This document shows, one piece after another, positions 12,539-23,640 of a stretch of 64,000 nucleotides of DNA. Position 1 is the stretch's first letter. The number at the start of each line of letters is the position of its first letter. Location: contig NC_086109.1 of assembly GCF_963921235.1 (NCBI RefSeq), positions 23,190,001 through 23,254,000 of the forward strand, read 5' to 3'. Under the pieces are notes generated by a model. It was not told where the DNA came from and did not search any database. It was given only the letters and a program-made list of their open reading frames with translations. This stretch comes from Mobula hypostoma (taxonomy: Eukaryota). The translations under genes were made by a program, and so were the position numbers.

Positions 12539-13494
12539 TATTCTCCGTAACTTCCGCCACCTCCAACGGGATCCCACCACTAAGCATATCTTTCCCTCCC
12601 CACCTCTCTCTGCATTCCGCAGGGATCGCTCCCTACACAACTCCCTTGTCCATTCGTCCCCCCCATCCCTCCCCACTGATCTCCCTGCTGGCACTTATCC
12701 GTGTAAGCGGAACAAGTGCTACACATGCCCTTACACTTCCTCCCTTACCACCATTCAGGGCCCCAAACAGTCCTTCCAGGTGAGGCATCACTTCACCTGT
12801 GAGTCGACTGGGGTGATATACTGCGTCCGGTGCTCCCGATGTGGCCTTTTATATATTGGTGAGACCCGACGCAGACTGGGAGACCGCTTTGCTGAACATC
12901 TACGCTCTGTCCGCCAGAGAAAGCAGGATCTCCCAGTGGCCACACATTTTAATTCCACATCCCATTCCCATTCTGACATGTCTATCCACGGCCTCCTCTA
13001 CTGTAAAGATGAAGCCACACTCAGGTTGGAGGAACAACACCTTATATTCCGTCTGGGTAGCCTCCAACCTGATGGCATGAACATTGACTTCTCTAACTTC
13101 CGCTAGGCCCCACCTCCCCCTCGTACCCCATCTGTTACTCTTTTTAATGCACACATTCTTTCTCTCACTCTCCGTTTTCTCCCTCTGTCCCTCTGAATAT
13201 ACCTCTTGCCCATCCTCTGGGTCACCCCCCCCCCCGTCTTTCTTCCCGGACCTCCTGTCCCATGATCCTCTCGTATCCCCTTCTGCCTATCACCTGTCCA
13301 GCTCTCGGCTCCATCCCTCCCCCTCCTGTCTTCTCCTATCATTTTGCATCTCCCCCTCCCGCTTTCAAATCCCTTACTCACTCTTCCTTCAGTTAGTCCT
13401 GACGAAGGGTCTCGGCCTGAAACGTCGACTGCGCCTCTTCCTATAGATGCTGCCTGGCCTGCTGCGTTCACCAGCAACTTTGATGTATGTTGCT
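12539..13494 (+). mobile_element. Penelope-like retroelement (Neptune-type), 5'-truncated, with open GIY-YIG endonuclease frame
   Basis: Frame open to the stop at 13106: CKRNKCYTC...FTCESTGVIYCVRCSRCGLLYIGETRRRLGDRFAEH...HF...EEQHLIFRLGSLQPDGMN. Pyrimidine-rich 3' UTR. TSD TGGGTTAGTAAGTT at 12525-12538 and 13495-13508. Confidence 0.93.
13395..13430 (+). ncRNA. Minimal type I hammerhead ribozyme (PLE-associated), intact core
   Basis: AGTC-CTGACGA-A-GGGT CTCG GCCT-GAAA-CGTC-GACT. Stem I is AGTC/GACT. Predicted cleavage is after GUC at 13426. Confidence 0.8.
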
Positions 13495-13624
13495 TGGGTT
13501 AGTAAGTTAATTGGGCACATGGTTATAATTGGTTGGCATGGGCTTGTTGGGCACTGTATCTCTTAAAATTGCCAACCCAAAGTTTCCTTCTCCGTACAGA
13601 ATAGTCATGGGCCAAGATTTCTCA

Positions 13625-13905
13625 CAAGACCATAAAATATAGGAGCAGAATTAGCCCATTCAGTCCATCAAGTTTGTTCCGCACATTTGAACATGGCTGA
13701 TTTATTTTCGTTCTCAACCCCGTTCTCCTGTCTTCTCTCCATAATCTTTGATGCAATTACTAATTAAGAACCTATCAACCTCCACTTTAAATGTACCCAT
13801 TAACTTAGCCTTTAGAGACAAATGAGGCAATGATTTCCACAGATTCACTGCTCTCTGGCTATAAAAAAAATCCTCCTCATTTCTGTTCTAAAGGGACGTC
13901 TTTCT
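13625..13905 (-). mobile_element. CR1 3' end fragment
   Basis: AGACCATAAAATATAGGAGCAGAATTAGCCCATTCAG...TTCCACAGATTCAC...TTCTAAAGGGACGTC is the reverse complement of the CR1 tail seen at 520-777. Confidence 0.8.
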
Positions 13906-14229
13906 AGATTAGATTAGCTTTATATTTTACATATACATCGTCTGCATGAACGGCTAACACAGTCCGAGTATGTGTGTGGGTGGGGGGAGGGGACCCTCGC
14001 AATTTTCACTTCCGGCAGCAACGTAGCATGTCCACAATTTACTAATCCTAACCTGTACTTTTTTCCCCTCCCTCCACCTTTTTACTCTGGCTTCTCTCCC
14101 CTTCCTTTTCCGTTCTAAGGAAAGGTCTCGGGCCAGAACGTCAACTGTTCATTCATTTCCATCACATGTTGCCTGACCTGCTGAGTTCATCCAGCATTTT
14201 GTGTGTGAGAATCTAAGGTAAGTGTTTGA

Positions 14230-14480
14230 ATGATTATGCATCCCTGCTTGACACCAGTCTGCACTGGATCTGTTAATTAAGATAAGGAATTCATGCCATC
14301 ATGAAGCAGACACAAAATGGAGATAAATTTCGACAAGCAGCCAGTTGAAGACAGATGCCCTCGACTGATGGGGTCAAAGGCTTTTGTGAGATTAAGAAAG
14401 GCCATGTATAGCTGTGGACAAAATTCTATGTATTCCTGTTGCATTTGATGTGCTTTACATATCATGTTCTCCATGTTCCC
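14230..14480 (-). mobile_element. RTE-clade LINE RT remnant
   Basis: MICKAHQMQQ...LYMAFLNLTKAFD...GCLSKFISILCLLHDGM followed by GVKQGC. A further RTE C-terminal remnant lies at ~27790-28070(-). Confidence 0.75.
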
Positions 14481-16364
14481 AGATGTTGTGAGTCAAGGCG
14501 CAGATGTAGGTATTGGCAGGAAGCTGGCAATCACTTGCTCTGTGACAAATGTGAGGAAAGCCCATCTAAAGTTACTGTAATTAGATTTGTCTCCTTTTTT
14601 GAAAGTAGTTGCAGTTATGGCATCTCTGATATCCCTGTCATGTTGGATCTGAGTTTGGGAATTTGTGGCAAAAGTTTCCTTCTACCAAATGCGATTTTAA
14701 AGCCACACTGTTTTCACTTGTTTCATCTTAATACAATCCTATCCTCAGTGATAAAGCTCTGCATTGAGCACTAATATCAGTAGTTTAACTTCTCTTATAA
14801 AAGCATTAATGTGCTTTCAACACCTGTTTGGTTTTGTTCTGTACAATGTTTTTCTGCCCAGCTGTGCAATATTCCATTTTCCCATCTCATGGTCCATTTG
14901 CCCAGATCAATGCACGGAGAATAATTAACGAAAAGCAAGAGGGGTAGAAAGGGAGCAAGTGAAAACAGAAGGCAGAGAACAACAGGAGAAGAAAAATAAA
15001 ATGATGGATGGTGTGAGATAGTGGCATGCATTTTGGAAGGGCTCTCTTTAATCAAGACTTGGAGTCCCACTCACACTGAGCAGTATTTTTATCAGATACT
15101 ATTATCACTTCAGAAGAGGTGGTTTCTATTCTAATATTTCTTTATCTGTATTTTTAATGGAATATTGCTGTTTTGATCTGATTAAACCAATTTGAACCCT
15201 CTTCTTCCATTTCCTTTCACAGAGCCTGAACTGGTGAGATTTTGTTTCGCAATGACACTTAGCCAATTCCTATTGCAGCCAAGACAAGACTTTTAACATT
15301 CCAACCAATTTTGAAAAGTCAGAAATTGTTCAGGGACATTAACAGGTACAAGTAGGGCAGAAAGCATCTTGGCTGCTGGAAGCTTTACTGCAGATCAACA
15401 ATGAAATTTTATTGCTCATGTAACACTAAATATCACTATTCATTTTTTTGTGATGTAAACTTTTCATTAAGATCATTGTTCATTTTCCTAATCTCAACAA
15501 GTTAAACTAGAGGACCTGTTTTCACTCTTGCCATCATGTGTTATCGTAGAAAAGAAAGATAATATGGCCTTGATACAAGAGCCATACACAACAGTCTGAC
15601 GACAGTTCTGTGCAAGTGAAGCACAATTTACCCACTTTGTATTCTGTTCTTCTTAACAAAATATCAAATATTAGAAAACATTTCTTAACTAGCTGTATGA
15701 ATAAATGGTATGAATAAATTTAACAGAGCCAAAGAAATAGCAAGAATTCAAATTGGCAGTAACCTATTCTTGACCGAAATTAAAATATGGTTCTACGTTT
15801 TTTTCCTTCTTCAGGATTTCCACGTGTCCAGGTTCATCCTGAAGTCAGGGGACACATATTCTCGTCTGTGCCGCATACTGAAGCATAGCAGGACTTGGAA
15901 CATCAAAGACGGCGAGAGTGACTGTCAGAGGGCTCTGCACTCAGTAATCGATTTGCCAATTCTTGAGTCGGGGAACTCAAAATAAAAATGCAATGCTCCA
16001 GACCGACTGTAACATCGAAATAATGACTGTTGTCTCCCTGTCACTGTGGAAGGAGCAATATCTGTCTCTTCCTTGTGAGTGAGAGTGAAAGAGAGAGTGA
16101 GAGAGAGACTTAGTTTATGTTGGACTGTAGACCATGGAGGTTTTGGAGGCTTTGCTTTTGCTTGCATGGTGGGTGCTGGGAATCAGAATCAGGTTTATTA
16201 TCACCAGCATGTGACGTGAAATTTGTTAACTTAGCAGCAGCGGTTCAATGCAATACATTAGCTAGCAGAGAGAGAAAAAAAATAATAAACATGTAAATCA
16301 ATTACATATATTGAATAGATTTTAAAAATGTACAAAAACAGAAATACTGTATATAAAAAAAGCT

Positions 16365-17058
16365 AAAACAACAGGAATTCTGCAGATGCTGGAAATTCAA
16401 GCAACACACATCAAAGTTGCTGGTGAACGCAGCAGGCCAGGCAGCATCTCTAAGAAGAGGTACAGTCGACGTTTCGGGCCGAGACCCTTCGTCAGGACTA
16501 ACTGAAGGAAGAGTGAGTAAGGGATTTGAAAGTTGGAGGGGGAGGGGGAGATCCAAAATGATAGGAGAAGACAGGAGGGGGAGGGATGGAGCCAAGAGCT
16601 GGACAGGTGATTGGCAAAAGGGATACGAGAGAATCATGGGACAGGAGGTCCGGGAAGAAAGACAAGGCGGGGGGGGGGGACCCAGAGGATGGGCAAGGGG
16701 TATATTCAGAGGGACAGAGGGAGAAAAAGGAGAGTGAGAGAAAGAATGTGTGTATAAAAATAAATAACAGATGGGGTACGAGGGGGAGGTGGGGCATTAG
16801 CGGAAGTTAGAGAAGTCAATGTTCATGCCATCAGGCTGGGGGCTACCCAGACGGAATATAAGGTGTTGTTCCTCCAACCTGAGTGTGGCTTCATCTTTAC
16901 AGAAGAGGAGACCGTGGATAGACATGTCAGAATGGGAATGGGATGTGGAATTAAAATGTGTGGCCACTGGGAGATCCTGTTTTCTCTGGCGGACAGAGCG
17001 TAGGTGTTCAGCAAAGCGGTCTCCCAGTCTGCGTCGGGTCTCGCCAATATATAAAAAA
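16365..17058 (-). mobile_element. Penelope-like (Neptune-type) 3' fragment
   Basis: Near-identical reverse complement of ~12850-13494, from YIGETRRRLGDRFAEH to the tail. TSD TATAT(A/T)AAAAAAGCT at 16350-16364 and 17059-17073. Confidence 0.92.
16464..16499 (-). ncRNA. Minimal hammerhead ribozyme, intact core
   Basis: Minus strand reads AGTC-CTGACGA-A-GGGT CTCG GCCC-GAAA-CGTC-GACT. Confidence 0.82.
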
Positions 17059-17482
17059 TATATTAAAAAAGCTGATGCTTTAAACTAGGATACGTTGGGG
17101 GAGGGGAGGGGAGGGTTGCTGCTGCTTGTTCATGGGGGTAGGGGCTTTGGGGTTCTTGCATTTTTCTATCCTTCATTCTTTGAGATTTTTTCTTCAGTTT
17201 CAAGGATGTCTGCGGAGAGTAAGAATTTCGGGCTGTATGTTGTACACATTCTCTGAAATTAAATGGAACTATTGAACTAATAAAAGGGAAATCTGAACTC
17301 CTCTTCTCCCAAACAGCTTTAAATGCCGGGTGTAATTAGAATATTTTCAGAACGAGCAGGATTTACTTTGTAGAGCAAAGTGTGAGAAACTGAAACCCAA
17401 AATATCAGATTAAACATCAACGAGAAAGAATTGTTCTTAAATAAAGAGGATGCCAAAAAAAAATCAAATTGTCTGCCTTCTC

Positions 17483-19745
17483 AGAATCTGAATGAGGTTT
17501 AATATCACCGGCATATATCACAAAATTTGTTGTTTTGCAGCAGCAGTACAAAGTTATAAAAACTATAAACTACAATAGGTATATACAGTATAAAAGAGAA
17601 AATTAAATAGTAGTACAAAAAGTGAGGGAAAAATACTGAGAGGTATTCATGGGTTCATAGTCCATTCAGAAATCTGATGGCGGAAGGAAAGAAGCTGTTA
17701 CTGAAATGCTGAGTGTATGTCTTCAGGGTCCTGTACTGCCTCCTTAATGTAGCACAAAGAAGAGGGGATGTCCCAGGTAATGGGAATCCTTAATGGTGAA
17801 TGCTGCCTTTTTGAGACCTCACCTTTTGAAGGTGTCCTCAATGCTCCTCAATGCTGGGGAAGCTTATGCCCTTGGTGAAGTTTACAACTTTCTGCAGCTT
17901 TTTCCAATCCTGTGCAATGGCCCCGTCACACCAGACAGCAATACGACCAGTTAGAATGCTCTTCATGGTACACCTGTAGAAATCTGCGAGTACAGTACTG
18001 TTGGTGACATCCCAATTCTCCTCAAATTCCTAACAGCCACTGTTGTGCCTTCCTTGCAATTGCATCAATATGTTGGGCCCAGGATAGATCTTCAGAGAAG
18101 TTGACACCCAGGAACTTGAAACTGCTCACTCTTTTCACCGCTGATCCCTCAACGAAGAACTGGTGTGCGTTCTTTCAACTTTCTCTTCCTGAAGATCACA
18201 AACAATTCCTTGGTCTTACTGCATTAGGTGCTACAACACCACTCAACCGACTGATCTATCTCGCTCCTGTATGCCTCCTCGTCACCATCTGAAATTCTGT
18301 CAAGAATAGTTGTTATCAGCAAGTTTACAGATAATGTTTGAGCTGTGCCTAGCCACACAGTCGTTAGTATAGAGAGCAGAGCAATGGGCTAAGCCTGCAT
18401 CCTTGAGGTGTGCCAGTGTTGACTGTCAGCGAGGAGGAGATGTTATTTCCGAGCTGCACAGACTGTGGTCTCTCAGTAAGGAAGCCAAGAATCTAGTTGC
18501 AGAGGGAAGTACAGGGGCCCACGTTTTGGATCTTTTCGATTAGAACTGAGGGTATGATTGCGTTCAATGTTGAGCCAAAATCAATAAACAGCAGTCTGAC
18601 ATTGGTATAGTGTCCAAGTTACCCAACGCCAGCAGAGAGCTAGTGAGATTCCATCCACTGTAGACATATTGTGGCGGCAGGCAAATTGCTGCAGGCGGGT
18701 CCAGGCCCTTGCTTGGGGAGGAGTTGATTCTAGCCATGACTAACCTCTTAAAGCACAGTAGATGTGAGTGCCACTGGGTGACAGTCACTGAGGCAGCTCA
18801 CTCTGCTCTTCTTGGGCACTGGTACGATTGTCGCCCTTTTGAAGCAGGTGTGAACCTCCAGCTGCAGCAATGAGAGACTGAACGTGGCCTTGAACACTGC
18901 TGCCAGTTGGTTAGCACAGGCTTTCAGAGCCCAACCAGGTACATCACCAGGGCCTGACACCTTGCGAGAGTTTACCCTCTTGAAAGATGTTCTGATATCG
19001 GCCTCCAAGACAGAGATCACGGGGTCACTAGATGCTGCAAGGGTTTGCACAAGGATGGAGTTTTATTCTCACGTTCAAAGCATGCATAAAAGGCACTGAG
19101 CTCATCTGGAAATGAAGCACAACTGCCTTTCATGATGTTAGGTTTCATTTTGTAGGAAGTAAATGGCCTGCAAAACCTGCCAGAACTGATGAGCATGTCT
19201 CTAGCCTCAATCGAAACTGTTTCCTCGCTCTTAAGGTAGGCTTCTGTAGGTCGTGCCTGGATTTCTTGTATAGTTCTGGAGCACTAGTATTGAATACCAC
19301 AGATCTAGCGCTCAGCAGACATTGAATCTCTTGGTTCATTGATAGCATTCATCCGGTATGCTCATGAAGACACACGCTCATCTTGTTTAAGTCAGTGACA
19401 ACTGTGGCATATTCATTCAGATTAGAAGACAAATCCCTGAATGTGGTTGAGTCCACCAACTCAAAGCAGCCCTGTAAGCCCTCCTCCACCTCCCTTGACC
19501 GTACCTTCTTGGTCCTCGTCACTGGCACTGCAGTCTTCAGTCTCTGCCTGTACACTGAGAGTATAAGTACAGCCAGGTGATCAGACTTTCCAAAGTGCAG
19601 GCGTGGCATGATAAGCATTCTTGATTGTGATATAACAGTGGTCAAGTGTGGTTTTTCAGAGAATTCTTCAAGCTGGCCTGGTTGAAATCCCCCACAATGA
19701 CAGGGAAGGTATCGGGGAGCACTGTTTCGTGCCTGTTGATGAGGG
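17483..19745 (-). mobile_element. Rex1/Babar-type LINE, degenerate (end of endonuclease, RT and tail)
   Basis: Minus-strand ORFs: HFGKSDHLAV, KVSGPGDVPGWALKACANQLA, PVPKKSRVSCLSDCHPVALTS. Tail GATATTAAACCTCATTCAGATTCT. Confidence 0.88.
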
Positions 19746-22014
19746 ACCTGAGCTCCTCCAGTGCTTGCCAGAGGAGAAATCCATCTCCATCCATAATTTT
19801 TTAAAAGACAATAGATTTGCCATACAGAGACAAAGAATTATTAGTGTAAGATGTGGTACTTGCACTTTGGGTCTTTCTCAGGCTCTGCTGGCATTCTCCT
19901 CCTTTCTCAACTAGATTTTTCATACATTATCAAAGAACATCCATGTTGTTATTCATATGTGTTGAGTACTTGATGATACCCAAAGCTAAGCAGCAAAATA
20001 ACCAGAACTGAAGAAATGGTCTCATCATGGAAGAGAGGTGGGAAGCAGCACAACAGATCACCTCTCTTCAAGTGTAAGTAACAGACTAAAAAGGGTGAAG
20101 AGGTATAAACAGCACCATATGCCCTCTGATATATAACAGGTCAAGTAAACAAATTCATTGATAAACGAGATAGCTCTGTCTAATTTCCAATGCTGGTCTA
20201 CTATTATACATGACAAATTGTCACTAAATTGCAGCCTTGCTTGAAAAGAGACCCTGGAACAGCAATAATATGTTCTGTCAGATCAAAGAACAAAGCAACA
20301 AAGACAACTCTTCTCAATACAAGGGAGCAGTGATGACTATTGTGAATTAATTATCTCATTAGGATCACACGAAAACTGTGCAGAACCCATTCTTTTCATT
20401 TCACATTCTTACTGAACCATGATATCAAAACATTTCAGTGCAATTGTCAAATTCAGCACTCGGGAAAGAAGCTCTCTTCTACACTAGCCACTCTAGACTA
20501 AGAAAAAGCAGCTTTCACATGTCTCAATATCTGTCCAACTAAGTCCAGTTCCCAAAATCCAATTTCCCTTTCACCTAATCAAACATTTTTTTTTAAATCG
20601 GGAACTTTTGTGTCTTCAAGCTAAACTTCAAGATGAGTGACTCAAGGGCTTGACCATTATTAATAAATTGAGGCTTGCAAAATAGCCTGAAAATGCAGAT
20701 GAAACAAAAAAGTAACTTAGATTTTATTAGTAAGAGTAGAGACTACAAGAGCAAGGTATAATGACAAGGTTTTTGCCCATACATTCGTTAGGTTAACGTT
20801 TGAGTACACTGCCTTGGTTTGGATGCTCCATTACAGCCAAGACCATTAACACCGTACTCTGAAGCGTGCAATGCCAAATATCACAACTGCACATAGAAGA
20901 GCAGAGTTGAAATGCAGGGACTACTTTCACTGAAGCTAACAAAGGCACAATCAGGAAGATGAACTTCCGACGGTTTTCCATTTCTACTTATGATTCCTCT
21001 CCATCTGCCTTTAAAGTACATTTCTCCTTCCTCCCCACTTCACCGATTCTATAAAAAGGACTCTTATTTTTCAGCGAGGTTCCAGCTGATTCTGAACCCT
21101 CCAGTGCTGTTTATCAATCTGCATTTTCTATTTTTACCATCCTTTTCCAAATAATGTTTCTGACATTTCACGCCATACAAATTCACTTTTGGGCTTTACC
21201 AATTGATTTGGGGATAATTTAACCAAATCAAGTATTCTTCAAATACATTAAGCCATTGACAAGGTGGAAGAGAGATCCCTGATTAAATAGCAATTTGGCA
21301 TCTCATTAGTGTCAAACTGAACAAACCCCAGAGCATTGAGACCACATTTTGTGAGCTTCACAGAAGGGTCTTTTCTTAACTAATGAACTGGAGATTGAAT
21401 AACTATTGGATTACCAAACTATTCAGAGGCATCAGATTGATGAGCAGTGAAATGTTGACACGCGTAGTGACTCAGAATATTGTAAGTACAGAGTAGGAAA
21501 ATGAGTAACCAGTGGCAGATGATTGGGCTAAGTATACAGGGATCCAGAATACCTAATGGCCTAAACATAAAACATTTTAAAGATGAAGGTTTTACAACAC
21601 ATTTCCAGAAAAATTGATTTTGGTTCCATATGATAATAGGAACTTGAAGCCTACCTTTCTAACAGTCGCAAATATCTCAAACTACATCACAGCATTGTAT
21701 CTTCATGAATATTTATGGGGAGCTCAGGTGGCTTGGAAATCTGTTGAGTGATACAAATGGCTGCACTGGCTACACAATCTATTTCATGCTCTCACTCCTG
21801 GAATTCATTAAACTCTAATATAATTTTAGTCAAAGATTCAGAGCCGAAAAAAATAACAAACAAAATCATGGACACAAAGAAATTGTGAGATACGCTCTCC
21901 TTCAGTCAAGAGGAGGGGTTGGTAGTTCTGGACATAGTTTTCAGGATATCCTGGTGATAAGGAGGATGCTTCACTCACCCACATTCACATGTTAGTAAAA
22001 GCTGTTTGCATTAG

Positions 22015-22200
22015 TTATTTATTTATTATTGAGATAGAAGGGCCCTTCCGCCCTTCAAGCCGTGCCACCAAGCAAATCCCCAATTAAACCCTAGTCTAAT
22101 CACGGGACAATTCACAATGACCAATTAACCTACCAACTGGCCCATCTTTGGATTGTGGGAGGAAACCAGAGCAGCCGGAGGAAAGCCACGCAGTCACATG
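22015..22200 (-). mobile_element. V-SINE 3' half
   Basis: GACCAATTAACCTAC...TTTGGATTGTGGGAGGAAACCAGAGCAGCCGGAGGAAA is the reverse complement of the V core. (TTTA)n tail. Confidence 0.75.
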
Positions 22201-22574
22201 GCATGTTCTAGCTTTGAATAATTCTCTCCAACTGAAAACAGGTAAATTTAAAACAAAAATATGGGCTTATAGAGTTACTTAGACCTTAGGTCTTCCCAAA
22301 ATGGTCCAGAATAATTAAAAAATTAAAGTTAAAATGTTAAGCTGCTATTTTGCCGAAACACAGTCACCAAAATTCACACAAAGAGTCAGATCAGCAAGCT
22401 AGCTGATGAGTATTTTCAATTAGATGTTGGTCAGACCTCCTGCTCTTTACTGAATGTTTCCAAAGAACCTTATCTGAACAAGTGGGCACTCCTTGGTATC
22501 CAAAACTCTCAGCACTGCACTGCCATGTCAGCCAAATACACTAATCCTGATTTCCAGATTTATGCTTTTGACAA

Positions 22575-23250
22575 ATAGAAACATAGAAACATAGAAAATA
22601 GGTGCAGGAGTAGGCCATTCGGCCCTTCGAGCCTGCACCGCCATTTATTATGATCATGGTTGATCATCCAACTCAGAACCCTGCCCCAGCCTTCCCTCCA
22701 TACTCCCTGATCCCCGTAGCCACAAGGGCCATATCTAACTCCCGCTTAAATATAGCCAATGAACTGGCCTTGACTGTTTCCTGTGGCAGAGAATTCCACA
22801 GATTCACCACTCTCTGTGTGAAGAAGTTTTTCCTAATCTCGGTCCTAAAAGGCTTCCCCTTTATCCTCAAACTGTGACCCCTTGTTCTGGACTTCCCCAA
22901 CATCGGGAACAATCTTCCTGCATCTAGCCTGTCCAATCCCTTTAGGATTTTATACGTTTCAATCAGATCCCCCCTCAATCTTCTAAATTCCAACGAGTAC
23001 AAGCCCAGTTCATCCAGTCTTTCTTCATATGAAAGTCCTGCCATCCCAGGAATCAATCTGGTGAACCTTCTTTGTACTCCCTCTATGGCAAGGATGTCTT
23101 TCCTCAGATTAGGGGACCAAAACTGCACACAATACTCCAGGTGTGGTCTCACCAAGGCCTTGTACAACTGCAGTAGTACCTCCCTGCTCCTGTACTCGAA
23201 TCCTCTCGCTATAAGTGCCAGCATACCATTCGCCTTTTTCACCACCTGGT
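22575..23250 (-). mobile_element. Young CR1 LINE 3' fragment with an uninterrupted 190-aa ORF2 C-terminus
   Basis: ORF 22673-23245 (LYKALVRPHLEYCVQFWSP...RRLRGDLIETYKI...RTRGHSL...WNSLP). Tail (AGAAACAT)n. Confidence 0.95.
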
Positions 23251-23374
23251 TAGTATAGGAGTACTGTCCTGGTATCTCACTTAAACTTACTAAAGTACAG
23301 CTCTGTAGAGAGCAGAAAGAGAAAATAGTGTAATAAGGTCTCTCTTCCGGGATGTAATTAAAGAATATTGTTGG

Positions 23375-23640
23375 AGCAGGGTAACCACTACGCTTTATAG
23401 TACAGGCAAACCAGATTCAATTCCTGTAAGGAGTATGTATGTTGCCCCCTTAACCGTGTGGGTTTCCTCCAGGTGCTCTGGTTTCGTCGCACAGTCTAAA
23501 AATGTACCGGTTGCTAGGTAGATTGGTCATTGTAAATTGCCCTGTTATTAGGCTAGGATTAAATTTGGAGATTGCAGGGCAGTGTGGCTCGAAGGCTGGA
23601 AGGGCCTATTCCGCACTGTATGCTGAATAAATAAATAATA
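23375..23640 (+). mobile_element. V-SINE
   Basis: GTGGGTTTCCTCCAGGTGCTCTGGTTTC...GGTAGATTGGTCATTGTAAATTGCCC core and (TAAA)n tail. Further copies at ~26425-26680(-) and ~49150-49495(-). Confidence 0.75.

Larger units (their letters stand above)
12060..13565 (+). mobile_element. V-SINE/HE1-type tRNA SINE interrupted by a second V-SINE (~12158-12458) and a Penelope element
   Basis: Two tRNA-like heads and two V-domain cores (GGGTTTCCTC.GG.T.CTCCAGTTTC.TC.CACA.TCCAA). The outer copy resumes at 12460 and again at 13495. Confidence 0.75.

Noticed and set aside
12468..13106. 212-aa ORF as a stand-alone GIY-YIG nuclease gene
   Set aside because: The N-terminal ~24 codons come from the flanking V-SINE. 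The rest is a 5'-truncated Penelope copy bounded by a TSD, with no evidence of domestication.
15815..15985. Strong plus-strand acceptor followed by an open frame
   Set aside because: Runs into a non-autonomous repeat at ~15880, with no good donor and no recognisable protein.
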